Shown: piece by piece, positions 1 to 8,846 of the stretch
Position numbering within the stretch: position 1 is the first letter of the stretch
Layout of the letters: each line of letters begins with the position of its first letter
NCBI GenBank assembly: GCA_044224875.1
Contig: JBGAJQ010000085.1
Span: 1 to 19,769, forward strand
Reading direction: 5' to 3'
Source: Gemmatimonadaceae bacterium
Lineage (GTDB): Bacteria; Gemmatimonadota; Gemmatimonadetes; Gemmatimonadales; Gemmatimonadaceae
Length of the DNA stretch: 19,769 nucleotides
Position numbers and translations under genes: made by a program
Notes under the pieces: model-generated
Seen by the model: only the letters and a program-made list of their open reading frames with translations
What the model was told of the DNA's origin: nothing
The model's database searches: none

Positions 1-1799
1 TGTGGGTGATCTTCGCGGTGAACTTCATAGGTACGATGGTGAAGCGCCGCGAGAAGCACCTGTACGTCGCGCTGTGGTTCTACATCGCGTCGATCCTGAC
101 GGTCGCGATCCTGCACATCTTCAATAACCTGTCGATCCCGGCCGGCCCACTGAAGAGCTATTCGATCTACGCCGGTGCGCAGGACGCGTTCATGCAGTGG
201 TGGTATGGACACAACGCAGTCGCCTTCTTCCTCACCACGCCCTTCCTCGGCCTGATGTACTACTTCATGCCGAAAATGGCCGAAGGCCCCGTGTTCTCGT
301 ACAAGCTGTCTATCATCCACTTCTGGACGCTGGTCTTCATGTACATCTGGGCCGGCCCGCACCACCTGCACTACACCGCGCTGCCGGAATGGGCCTCGAC
401 GTTAGGCATGCTCTTCTCGGTGATGCTGTGGGCGCCGAGTTGGGGCGGCATGATCAACGGGTTGCTCACGTTGCGCGGCGCGTGGCACAAGGTCGCAGAC
501 GACCCGATCCTGAAGTTCATGGTCATTGCCATCACGGGCTATGGCATGTCGACGTTCGAGGGCCCGATGCTCTCGATCAAGAGCGTGAACTCGCTGTCGC
601 ACTACACCGACTGGACGATCGCCCACGCACACTCGGGCGCCCTGACGTGGAACGGGTTCCTGGCATTCGCCATGATCTATTGGCTGGCGCCGCGCCTCTT
701 CCAGACCAAGCTGTACAGCAAGCGACTGGCCGAGATGCATTTCTGGATCGCGACGTTCGGTGTGATCCTCTACATCGTGTCCATCTACAGCGCCGGCGTC
801 ACGCAGGGGCTGATGTGGCGCGCCTTCGATGAAACGGGACGTCTGGTCTATCCCGATTTCGTGGAAACAGTCGCTCGCCTGATCCCGATGTACTGGGTGC
901 GTGTGGTCGGTGGCTTGATGTACCTGACCGGCGCGCTGCTGTTCGCCTATAACATCTTCAAGACATGGGCGACACGCCCGGCGAAGTATGAAGTCCCGGT
1001 CATCCAGGCGCCCGCGCTGCCAAAGCGCGCGCCGGCTGCCGCCCCAGATCCAGCACCTGCCGGCGGATTCTTCTCGTTCCACTGGCATCGCAAGTACGAG
1101 GGCCTGCCGATCCTGTTCACCGTGCTGACGGCGGTAGCGGTGATCGTCGCCTCGCTGTTCGAGATCATCCCGACCTTCCTGATCAAGTCCAACATCCCCA
1201 CCATTGCATCGGTGAAGCCATACACACCGTTGGAACTGGCGGGACGCGACATCTACATCAGGGAAGGCTGCTTCAACTGTCACTCGCAGATGATTCGCCC
1301 ATTCCGCTTCGAAACGGAACGGTATGGCGACTACTCCAAGCCGGGTGAGTCCGTGTACGATCATCCGTTCCTGTGGGGTTCGCGCCGTACGGGACCGGAC
1401 CTCGCGCGTGAAGGCGGGAAGTACAACGACATGTGGCACCTGCGGCACTTCGAGAATCCACGCACGATCTCGCCGAAGTCGATCATGCCCGCGTACGCGC
1501 AGTTGCTCACACAGGACCTGAACTTCGACCAGATCCAGCATCGGGTGGACGTGATGGCCATGCTCGGTGTGCCGTACGGCGATGCCGTAACCACCGGTGC
1601 CCAGCAGGCGAAGGACCAGGCATCGAAAGTTGCCAGCGCTCTGCAGCAGCAGGGCGGGCCGGCGGGTCTGGAGAACAAGGAGATGGTTGCGCTCATCGCT
1701 TACATCCAGCGCCTTGGCCAGGACATCAAGGGCGCACCAGTCGCTGGAGCCACTCCGCAGTCGACCAGCGCGGGTGTTACGCCGGGAGCGCATCCATGA
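1..1799 (+). CDS. ccoN: Fused cbb3-type cytochrome c oxidase subunit I/II (CcoN-CcoO), 5'-truncated by the window edge
   Basis: CcoN His-ligand motifs [17 protein letters not shown] and AHAHSG are followed in frame by a Pro/Ala linker, one TM helix and the CcoO motifs [32 protein letters not shown] and SIMP. The frame is open to the window start (TGG GTG ATC), so the GTG at 6 is internal. Confidence 0.97.
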   Translation, partial: WVIFAVNFIGTMVKRREKHLYVALWFYIASILTVAILHIFNNLSIPAGPLKSYSIYAGAQDAFMQWWYGHNAVAFFLTTPFLGLMYYFMPKMAEGPVFSYKLSIIHFWTLVFMYIWAGPHHLHYTALPEWASTLGMLFSVMLWAPSWGGMINGLLTLRGAWHKVADDPILKFMVIAITGYGMSTFEGPMLSIKSVNSLSHYTDWTIAHAHSGALTWNGFLAFAMIYWLAPRLFQTKLYSKRLAEMHFWIATFGVILYIVSIYSAGVTQGLMWRAFDETGRLVYPDFVETVARLIPMYWVRVVGGLMYLTGALLFAYNIFKTWATRPAKYEVPVIQAPALPKRAPAAAPDPAPAGGFFSFHWHRKYEGLPILFTVLTAVAVIVASLFEIIPTFLIKSNIPTIASVKPYTPLELAGRDIYIREGCFNCHSQMIRPFRFETERYGDYSKPGESVYDHPFLWGSRRTGPDLAREGGKYNDMWHLRHFENPRTISPKSIMPAYAQLLTQDLNFDQIQHRVDVMAMLGVPYGDAVTTGAQQAKDQASKVASALQQQGGPAGLENKEMVALIAYIQRLGQDIKGAPVAGATPQSTSAGVTPGAHP

Positions 1800-2005
1800 G
1801 CCTCACGGACATCATGAGTGGCGCTGGCCTATCCGGTTTCGCCGAAGTGGCGCTCATTCTCTTCCTGATCGCCTTCGTGATCATTGTGGCGCGCACCTTT
1901 TCGCACACACGGGACGCCGAGATGAACCGGGCGGCCCGCCTTCCCCTTGACGACGATTCGACCCCTCTCACGCCGCACAACGCGGGGAGCTCCCATGGCC
2001 GGTAA
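1796..2005 (+). CDS. ccoQ: cbb3 oxidase small subunit CcoQ/FixQ (69 aa)
   Basis: The ATG at 1796 overlaps the ccoNO stop (ATGA). The product [35 protein letters not shown]...[13 protein letters not shown] has one TM helix and an AARLPL-DD motif typical of CcoQ. It sits between ccoO and ccoP. Confidence 0.88.
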   Translation: MSLTDIMSGAGLSGFAEVALILFLIAFVIIVARTFSHTRDAEMNRAARLPLDDDSTPLTPHNAGSSHGR

Positions 2006-2612
2006 GGACACCAACGAGTCGCGACTGATCGACCATAACTACGACGGAATCCAGGAATACGACAATCCGTTGCCGCGGTGGTGGGTCTACCTGTTCTACG
2101 CGACCATCATCTTCTCAGTCCTGTACTACATCAACGTTCCCGGTGTCGGGATCGGCAAGGGCCGGATCGCTGACTACGAAGCCGACATGGCCGCGTCGAA
2201 GGCGAAATTCGCGGCCGCCAACGCGACATCGGGTGGCGAGGCACCTACGCCCGAGCAACTCGCCGCCGCAGCCGCAGATCAGAATGTTGTGGCTGCCGGC
2301 AAGGCGGTGTTTGCCACCAACTGCGTGGCCTGCCACAAGGCGGATGGTGGTGGCATGATTGGGCCGAACCTCACCGATGACTACTGGATCCACGGCGGGA
2401 CGTTGGCCGAGATCCGCACCACGATCGATCAAGGCGTGCTCGCGAAGGGCATGCCGCAGTGGGGCAAGGTACTCAAGCCCGCTGATGTTACTGCAGCGGC
2501 CGTGTACGTCACGACGCTGCACGGCACGAACCCGCCGGGCGCGAAAGCGCCCGAGGGGACGAACGCCGCCGCACCTCCTCCAACAGCCGATTCAGGGCAG
2601 GTCAAGAAGTAG
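1995..2612 (+). CDS. ccoP: cbb3 oxidase subunit III CcoP, single-heme (205 aa)
   Basis: GGGGAG RBS at 1984-1989 precedes the ATG at 1995. It has the FixP N-terminal motif HNYDGIQEYDNPLPRWW, a TM helix, one CVACH heme motif, GPNLTDDYWIHGG and a distal Met in KGMPQW. Confidence 0.93.
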   Translation: MAGKDTNESRLIDHNYDGIQEYDNPLPRWWVYLFYATIIFSVLYYINVPGVGIGKGRIADYEADMAASKAKFAAANATSGGEAPTPEQLAAAAADQNVVAAGKAVFATNCVACHKADGGGMIGPNLTDDYWIHGGTLAEIRTTIDQGVLAKGMPQWGKVLKPADVTAAAVYVTTLHGTNPPGAKAPEGTNAAAPPPTADSGQVKK

Positions 2613-2614
2613 CC

Positions 2615-4078
2615 ATGACGTCTGCAGCACCCCGCGCCGTCGGACGCGTACTTCCGACGATGAACGAGGACGGATCCCGCCGGTGGATCCGTCCTCGACT
2701 TTCGGAGGGACGTTGGTGGCATCGTCGTCGCCTCGTCGCCTACTTGCTGATGATCGTCTTCCTCGCCATCCCGAACCTGCGGATGAACGGGAAGCCCCTG
2801 ATCCTACTGGACGCTCCACACCGGGAGTTCACGTTCTTCGGCTACACTTTCCTGCCGACGGACACCCTGCTGTTCATGCTGTTCTTGTTCATCCTGGCGA
2901 TCACCATCTTCCTGCTCACGGCGCTGTTCGGCCGGGTGTGGTGCGGGTGGGGATGCCCGCAGACGGTGTGGATGGAATTCCTGTTTCGTCCCATCGAGCG
3001 GCTGATCGAAGGATCGCCGGCGAATTCCCTGCAGCTCGACCGGGAGCGCAAGCACCTGCACCCGCGGCGGCTACTGAAGTATGCCGTGTACGCGGTGCTG
3101 GCCTTGATCCTCGCCCATACGTTTCTCGCCTACTGGGTTGGCGTTGACCAACTGAAGGTGTGGGTCACCCGATCCCCGATCGAACACCCGTCGTCCTTCG
3201 CCATCATGGCGGTGACGTTCATCCTGGTGTTCCTCGACTTCACGTACTTCCGCGAACAGACATGCACGATTGCCTGCCCATATGGGCGATGGCAGTCGGC
3301 GTTACTGGATCGCAGCTCGATGATCGTCGCGTACGATCCACGTCGCGGCGAACCGCGCACCAAGGGAATGAAGGACCGCGCCGCCACCGCCGGCGACTGC
3401 ATCGACTGCGGCAACTGCGTGACGACTTGCCCGACCGGGATCGACATCCGGGACGGTCTGCAAATGGAGTGCATTCACTGCACGCAGTGCGCGGACGCGT
3501 GTGACGCCGTGATGGAAAAGGTCGGCAAACCGCGCGGACTGATCCGTTACACGTCCCGTGAACTGCTGAACGGCGAGAAAGAACACTGGTTGCGGCCCCG
3601 TACCATTGCGTATCCAACCTTGCTTACCGTCTTCCTTGGCACCTTCGTGTACATGGTCGGCACCAAGTCCAAGGCAGATGTGACCCTGCTGGCTGCCACG
3701 GGCGTGCCGTATACTGTGGAAGGCGACGGAAAGATCGCGAATCAGGTCCGCATTCGAATCGCCAATCGCTCCGGACACGATGAGAAGTACACGATCGAAG
3801 TGCTCGGCGCCGAGGGTGGACAGGTGGTCGTTCCTTTGAACCCCTTCCCCGTGTCCAAGGGAATGAACGACGTGACCAGCTTCTTCGTGGTGATGCCGGC
3901 GGATTCAATTCATGACGGACGGCGCCCAATTACGGTGCGTGTCCATGACGAACACGACTTCCGGGAAGACTTCCCCTTCCGCCTCCTCGGGCCTGAGCAC
4001 GAACGCGAGGAGAGGGGAGAGCGCAGTGAAGCTGGACGGGGGGAACGTCGCGAAGCTGAACGCGAGGGCAAGCGATGA
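2615..4078 (+). CDS. ccoG: Cytochrome c oxidase accessory Fe-S membrane protein CcoG/FixG (cupric reductase family)
   Basis: Motifs GRVWCGWGCPQTV, CTIACPYGR, CIDCGNCVTTCPTGIDIRDGLQMECIHCTQCADAC (two 4Fe-4S) and a C-terminal soluble domain. Operon position fits. Confidence 0.95.
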   Translation: MTSAAPRAVGRVLPTMNEDGSRRWIRPRLSEGRWWHRRRLVAYLLMIVFLAIPNLRMNGKPLILLDAPHREFTFFGYTFLPTDTLLFMLFLFILAITIFLLTALFGRVWCGWGCPQTVWMEFLFRPIERLIEGSPANSLQLDRERKHLHPRRLLKYAVYAVLALILAHTFLAYWVGVDQLKVWVTRSPIEHPSSFAIMAVTFILVFLDFTYFREQTCTIACPYGRWQSALLDRSSMIVAYDPRRGEPRTKGMKDRAATAGDCIDCGNCVTTCPTGIDIRDGLQMECIHCTQCADACDAVMEKVGKPRGLIRYTSRELLNGEKEHWLRPRTIAYPTLLTVFLGTFVYMVGTKSKADVTLLAATGVPYTVEGDGKIANQVRIRIANRSGHDEKYTIEVLGAEGGQVVVPLNPFPVSKGMNDVTSFFVVMPADSIHDGRRPITVRVHDEHDFREDFPFRLLGPEHEREERGERSEAGRGERREAEREGKR

Positions 4079-4563
4079 AGAAGGGAATGGGGTGGCCCAT
4101 CGGGGTCGCTGTCGTGCTGACGCTGGTCGTCATCTCGAATGTTTGGGTGGCGATCGTCGCCAGCAATCCGAGTGCGCTGGTCGTTGAACCGGATTACTAC
4201 CAGAAGGCGGTGAACTACGACTCCACCATGCGCCAAGGCGTGATCAACGGCCAACTCGGCTGGCGTTTGGTTCCCACCTTGACCGCTGTAACGAAGGACT
4301 CCGGCGCAGTCCTTCGGGTGGAGTTGCGGGACGCCAGCGGCCAGCCCATTCCAGGGGCGACGGTCAATGTGGTGGCCATTCACAATCTCATCGCCAATCG
4401 CCCGCTGTCGGCGACGCTGGGCGACCGAGGCGATGGGAGCTACGACGTGCGGCTCCCCATCCACCGCGCCGGGCAATGGGAGCTGACATTCGACGTTAGG
4501 CGCGGCGCCGACCGCTTTACCGCCGACTTGCGAGTGGACACCTCCGGGCTGAGTCATACATGA
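4075..4563 (+). CDS. ccoH: FixH/CcoH family protein
   Basis: ATGA overlap with ccoG. It has an N-terminal WP-TM helix, a V-EPDYYQKA motif typical of FixH, and a C-terminal beta-rich region (G-Y...GQWEL). Confidence 0.82.
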   Translation: MKKGMGWPIGVAVVLTLVVISNVWVAIVASNPSALVVEPDYYQKAVNYDSTMRQGVINGQLGWRLVPTLTAVTKDSGAVLRVELRDASGQPIPGATVNVVAIHNLIANRPLSATLGDRGDGSYDVRLPIHRAGQWELTFDVRRGADRFTADLRVDTSGLSHT

Positions 4564-5285
4564 CCCTCCTTCTGGGCATCCTGACGGCATCGCTCCTCGG
4601 GAGCATGCACTGTGCAGGCATGTGCGGAGGGTTCGTCTGCTTTTATGCGGGTTCGCCCGGTGCCCCAGGTGAACGATCGTCCTGGTGGAGCCACGCTGCG
4701 TACAACGTCGGCCGTCTGAGCACGTATCTGACGTTAGGCGCCATCGCTGGCGCGGTGGGTGGCTCCCTGGACAAGGCGGGAGCACTGGTCGGCGTGTCGC
4801 GTCTGGCCGCGGTCGTTGCCGGGACAATGCTGGTCCTCTGGGGCACCACGACGGTCCTCGCACTTCGTGGCATCCGACTGCCGTCCATCTTCCCCTCGGC
4901 GCAATCGCGGCTCGGCGCGCCGATCGCTGCCGCCGTCCGCGTCCTGCGCGACCAGCCTCCAGTCATCCGCGCCTTGGGAACTGGCATGGTCACGACGCTG
5001 ATCCCCTGCGGCTGGCTGTACACCTTCGTGGCGACGGCGGCTGGTACGGGGCACGTAGACACCGCGCTGGCGGTGATGCTGGTGTTCTGGTTAGGCACGC
5101 TCCCCGTCATGGTGAGCCTCGGGATCGGGGCGCAGAAGGCGTTTGGCCCCCTCCGTCGCCGACTCCCCGCCCTGTCGGCCGCCGCGGTGGTGACACTCGG
5201 GCTGTTGTCGCTCACGGGACGGTTGCGTCCGCCCGCGATGCCCGGCATGCAGCACGGCTCGCACGCGATGCATGGCCAGCGCTGA
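4560..5285 (+). CDS. DsbD_2 / TauE-SafE-like membrane protein associated with cbb3 biogenesis
   Basis: Motifs GSMHCAGMCGG, YNVGRLSTY, LIPCGWLY and FWLGTLP, about 6 TM helices and a His/Met-rich tail. ATGA overlap with ccoH. Confidence 0.88.
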   Translation: MTLLLGILTASLLGSMHCAGMCGGFVCFYAGSPGAPGERSSWWSHAAYNVGRLSTYLTLGAIAGAVGGSLDKAGALVGVSRLAAVVAGTMLVLWGTTTVLALRGIRLPSIFPSAQSRLGAPIAAAVRVLRDQPPVIRALGTGMVTTLIPCGWLYTFVATAAGTGHVDTALAVMLVFWLGTLPVMVSLGIGAQKAFGPLRRRLPALSAAAVVTLGLLSLTGRLRPPAMPGMQHGSHAMHGQR

Positions 5286-7836
5286 TCACGCGCTGGCCGC
5301 AACGGGGGTCGCTGCACCACCGCTCGCCCAGGTGAGCTGTGCGCACTGCGGGATCGATGTACCGCCCGGCTTTCTGGTGTCCGGTGCTGAGCGCCAATTC
5401 TGCTGTGGAGGGTGCCAGACGGCCTACTCGATCCTGCACGAGCATGGCCTGGAGGCGTACTACTCGTTCCCCGAGCGGCGTGAGGGTCCGGTGCAGCGAT
5501 CGGGCCGTGGGTACGCGGAGTTTGACCACCCGGCATTCCATGCGCTGCACGTGCAACAAACTGCCGAGGGGCTCTCGCGGGTGGAGTTGTACCTGGAGGG
5601 CGTGCATTGCGCCTCCTGTGTCTGGCTGGTCGAGCGCGTCCCGTTGTTGCTGCCGGGTGTGGCACGTGCCGAGCTACAGGTACGGCGCTCCCTGGCCACG
5701 ATCGAGTGGGACCCCACCGCGGTTCCGCTCTCGCGCGTCGCCGACGCCCTGGATTCACTGGGATATCCCCCGCACCCCTTCCGCGGCCTCAAGCGCGAGC
5801 AGGTGCGGCGCGCCGAGGACCGCGCGGCCCTGGTGCGGATTGGCGTGGCGGGCGCCATCGCGATCAACGTGATGCTGGCGGCGGTGGCGCTGTACAGTGG
5901 GGTGGTGAGTGGGATGGAAGCGAAGTATGAACACTTCTTTCGATGGGTGAGTTTTCTGGTCGCCATTCCCGCGCTCTTTGGACCAGGGCGTGTGTTTCTG
6001 GCCGGCGGCTGGGGTGCGCTTCGCACGCGCACACTGCACATGGACCTTCCCATCGCCATTGGTCTGTCCGCCGGATTCATCCGCGGCACCTACAACACCA
6101 TCACGGGCACGGGCCCCATCTACTTCGATGGCCTGTGCACGCTCATCTTCGTGCTGCTAGTAGGACGCTTCCTTCAGCAGCGTGGGCAACGTCGCGCGGC
6201 GGACTCCGCGGAACTGTTGTACTCACTCACTCCTCACACCGCGCGCATCATCGCTCTCGACGGATCGCAACAGGATGTGCCATCGGAAGCGCTGGTTCCC
6301 GGCATGCTGATGGACGTGCGGGCCGGCGAGACACTAGCCGCGGACGGTGAGGTGGAGAGTGGTTCGTCGTCGCTCAACCTGTCCCTGCTCACCGGTGAGT
6401 CGCGCCCCGTGAGCGTTCGCGCAGGCGACCGGGTCTTCGCTGGCACGTTGAACGTCAGCTCGGCGCTTCGCGTGAAAGTTGCGAACGCAGGGGAGTCGAG
6501 CCGCGTCGCGCAGCTGCTGCGTCAGGTCGAACAGTCGGCGTCCCGCAGGGCGCGTGTCGTGCTCCTCGCCGATCGTCTGTCGGGGGTCTTCGTGGTGGTG
6601 GTCCTGGCCTTGGCGTTGGGGACCTACCTGTACTGGGCTCAAACGGACCACTCCCGAGCAATCGACCATGCGATTGCCCTCCTGATCGTGACCTGCCCTT
6701 GCGCGCTGGCCATGGCTACGCCGCTCGCGGTGACTGTCGCCGTGGGTCGAGCCGCCCGCAGCGGGATTCTCATCAAGGGGGGCGATGCGCTCGAGTTGCT
6801 GGCGGGCACCGGGTCGATTTTTCTCGACAAGACGGGCACTGTCACACGAGGCGAATCCTCACTCCTGCAGTGGGAAGGACCGGAATGGGTGAAGCCGCTG
6901 GTGCTGGCGCTCGAGCAGGAGTCGTCCCACCCGCTTGCCGACGGGTTCCGTCGCGCGTGGGCAGGGCTCGAGACGCCAGCCGCCTCCGAGTCCACGCACG
7001 TGGCGGGTGGCGGCATTCAAGGCGTCGTCAGTGGCCGCTCGGTCACCGTGGGCTCTCCGGCGTTTGTGTCGAGTCGCCTAACGACAGGCACGCCGACCAA
7101 CGCACTGCGGAAGGAATGGCCGCCGGTCGCCAATGGTGAGCACGCCAGCGAACCGGATCGCGCCGATGCCCTCACACCGGTGTGGATTGCGATCGACGGA
7201 CACCTTGTGGCGAACGCCGGCTTTGGCGATCCCCTTCGCCCTGACGCCTCCGCGGCCGTGGCCGCCCTGCGTACGCGAGGCTGGGCCCCGACACTCCTCT
7301 CCGGCGACGCGCCGGGCGTAGTGGCCGACGTTGCCAGGCAACTGGCCCTCGCCCCGGAACAGGCGATCGCATCCTCCTCGCCGGAAGAGAAAGCGCGTTG
7401 TGTTGAAGCTGCGCGGGCTCGCGGAACGACGGTGATGGTCGGTGACGGCGTCAACGATGCCGCCGCGATCGCCAGCGCATCGGTCGGCGTCGGTGTTCAT
7501 GGGGGTGCCGAGGCCTGCCTCGCCACGGCCGACGTCTACCTCGCCACCCCCGGCATGGAACCACTGGTTCGGCTCCTCGATGGGTCGCGCCGCACGATGC
7601 ACGTGATCCGGCGCAACATCGCGTTCTCCCTCGCCTACAATGTCGTCGGGGCAACGTTGGCCATGACGGGAACCATCAACCCGCTCATTGCCGCGATCAT
7701 GATGCCGGCGAGCTCGCTCACCGTGATCCTGGCCTCCTGGCGCAGCCGGAGCTTCGACGAAACGACTGGGGATCCGCTCGCCAGCGCATCCGCTATCTTC
7801 AAGACGTCCGAGCCTTCCGTGGAGCACGCCGCGTGA
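5272..7836 (+). CDS. ccoI: Heavy-metal (Cu) P1B-type ATPase CcoI/FixI
   Basis: N-terminal CAHC...FCCGGC domain, HMA motif GVHCASC, LTGES, intramembrane CPC, phosphorylation site DKTGT, HP, MVGDGVNDA, YN and MMPASS. Confidence 0.95.
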   Translation: MASADHALAATGVAAPPLAQVSCAHCGIDVPPGFLVSGAERQFCCGGCQTAYSILHEHGLEAYYSFPERREGPVQRSGRGYAEFDHPAFHALHVQQTAEGLSRVELYLEGVHCASCVWLVERVPLLLPGVARAELQVRRSLATIEWDPTAVPLSRVADALDSLGYPPHPFRGLKREQVRRAEDRAALVRIGVAGAIAINVMLAAVALYSGVVSGMEAKYEHFFRWVSFLVAIPALFGPGRVFLAGGWGALRTRTLHMDLPIAIGLSAGFIRGTYNTITGTGPIYFDGLCTLIFVLLVGRFLQQRGQRRAADSAELLYSLTPHTARIIALDGSQQDVPSEALVPGMLMDVRAGETLAADGEVESGSSSLNLSLLTGESRPVSVRAGDRVFAGTLNVSSALRVKVANAGESSRVAQLLRQVEQSASRRARVVLLADRLSGVFVVVVLALALGTYLYWAQTDHSRAIDHAIALLIVTCPCALAMATPLAVTVAVGRAARSGILIKGGDALELLAGTGSIFLDKTGTVTRGESSLLQWEGPEWVKPLVLALEQESSHPLADGFRRAWAGLETPAASESTHVAGGGIQGVVSGRSVTVGSPAFVSSRLTTGTPTNALRKEWPPVANGEHASEPDRADALTPVWIAIDGHLVANAGFGDPLRPDASAAVAALRTRGWAPTLLSGDAPGVVADVARQLALAPEQAIASSSPEEKARCVEAARARGTTVMVGDGVNDAAAIASASVGVGVHGGAEACLATADVYLATPGMEPLVRLLDGSRRTMHVIRRNIAFSLAYNVVGATLAMTGTINPLIAAIMMPASSLTVILASWRSRSFDETTGDPLASASAIFKTSEPSVEHAA

Positions 7837-8003
7837 GCGTCTTGTTCATTGTCCTGCCGTTGGCCCTGGTGATCGTCGGTGTCGCTGTCTTCGCCTACGT
7901 GTGGGCGGCGCGCCGGGGGCAGTTCGACGACCTGGATACGCCAGCCCTGCGCATGCTCCATGACGATGACACACCGGGCAAGGGTCGCAGCAAGTCGCGC
8001 TGA
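7833..8003 (+). CDS. ccoS: cbb3 oxidase maturation protein CcoS/FixS (56 aa)
   Basis: Not in the ORF track. The GTG at 7833 overlaps the ccoI stop (GTGA), with GGAG at 7821-7824. Translation MSVLFIVLPLALVIVGVAVFAYVWAARRGQFDDLDTPALRMLHDDDTPGKGRSKSR contains the W-A---GQFDDLD-PA-R-L-DD signature. Confidence 0.93.
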   Translation: MSVLFIVLPLALVIVGVAVFAYVWAARRGQFDDLDTPALRMLHDDDTPGKGRSKSR

Positions 8004-8014
8004 CCTTCGCCCGG
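7974..8014. terminator. Imperfect hairpin at the ccoS / GNAT convergent junction
   Basis: CCGGGCAAGGGTC (7974-7986) pairs with GACCTTCGCCCGG (8002-8014): 13 positions with one mismatch and one G-U. There is no U tract. Confidence 0.4.
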
Positions 8015-8015
8015 C

Positions 8016-8846
8016 CTAACGCGCCACGCGCAGGTAACGGCGAATGCGGCGCCCGGTGTCACGGAAGCCAAGCCGCTCGTAGATCGGCTGGCCCATGGGC
8101 GAAGCGAAGAGCACGCCATGGTGATATCCGCGCCGACGCGCGTCGCGCATCGGCACGAGCGTCAGGGCCGCACCCAGACCTCGACCGCGCGCCGCCGGGA
8201 CTGTGCCCACGGCAAAGAGGCCGGCCACCCCGGCCCCGCAGTAGAGCAACGACGTCCCCAGTGGCTCGCCTCCGATTGTCGCCAGGTACAACTGCCACGG
8301 CGACCGCGCTGGACCGGCGTCCAGCGACGCATCGACCCACGATTGGCCCAGATAGGTCGGAAGTTCGTAGGACGCCGAACACGCCTCGCTCCATGCTTCG
8401 AGGCCAGCGTGGTCGGTGACGACTTGCACGGAAACATCGCGGCCAAGCTCCGGCTCAGGCATGCCGGCGAGGTCGCCCACCATCGCGGGATCGCCCTCGA
8501 AATTCACTTCGAACCCATGACGCAACAGCCGATCTCCAAGGTCCGTCGGCTCGACGCGCTCGTTGAACCACCAGAAATGCATGGGTGAATCGCGCGCTTC
8601 GAACCAGTCGAGGACCTCGCGGACGATGTCATCCGTCGTGTCGGCAGGCAGCACAGACGACCACGCGCCTTGGAACATCGCGTACCTGGGCCACGCATGG
8701 TGAACGTGGAGCCCGGGGCGTTCGAAGTGGGTGTACCCGCGCAGCACGGACATCGCGCGGAACAACGACAGCAGGTTGTCCTCAGTGGCCGCCGCGCGTT
8801 CGTCCGATGAGGAGAGAACGCGCGGCTGGTCGTCCGGACCGCCCAT
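8016..8846 (-). CDS. GNAT family N-acetyltransferase (276 aa)
   Basis: C-terminal acetyl-CoA motif A (VGTVPAARGRGLGAAL) and motif B (ASPMGQPIYERLGF). The start codon directly follows the upstream stop (TAG ATG). Confidence 0.9.
   Translation of the reverse strand: MGGPDDQPRVLSSSDERAAATEDNLLSLFRAMSVLRGYTHFERPGLHVHHAWPRYAMFQGAWSSVLPADTTDDIVREVLDWFEARDSPMHFWWFNERVEPTDLGDRLLRHGFEVNFEGDPAMVGDLAGMPEPELGRDVSVQVVTDHAGLEAWSEACSASYELPTYLGQSWVDASLDAGPARSPWQLYLATIGGEPLGTSLLYCGAGVAGLFAVGTVPAARGRGLGAALTLVPMRDARRRGYHHGVLFASPMGQPIYERLGFRDTGRRIRRYLRVAR

Noticed and set aside
621..656. Cco[11 protein letters not shown] instead of the more usual HVHSGALGW
   Set aside because: Both heme-ligand histidines are retained, so this is likely ordinary lineage variation.
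1433..1795. Upstream part of the 190-aa ORF 1433-2005, and the early ccoP start at 1947
   Set aside because: They overlap ccoO and ccoQ respectively. The real starts are 1796 (ATGA coupling) and 1995 (RBS).
7081..7170. Low-complexity insertion in the CcoI nucleotide-binding domain
   Set aside because: It is in frame in a region that is commonly variable in P1B ATPases, with no repeat or mobile-element hallmarks.
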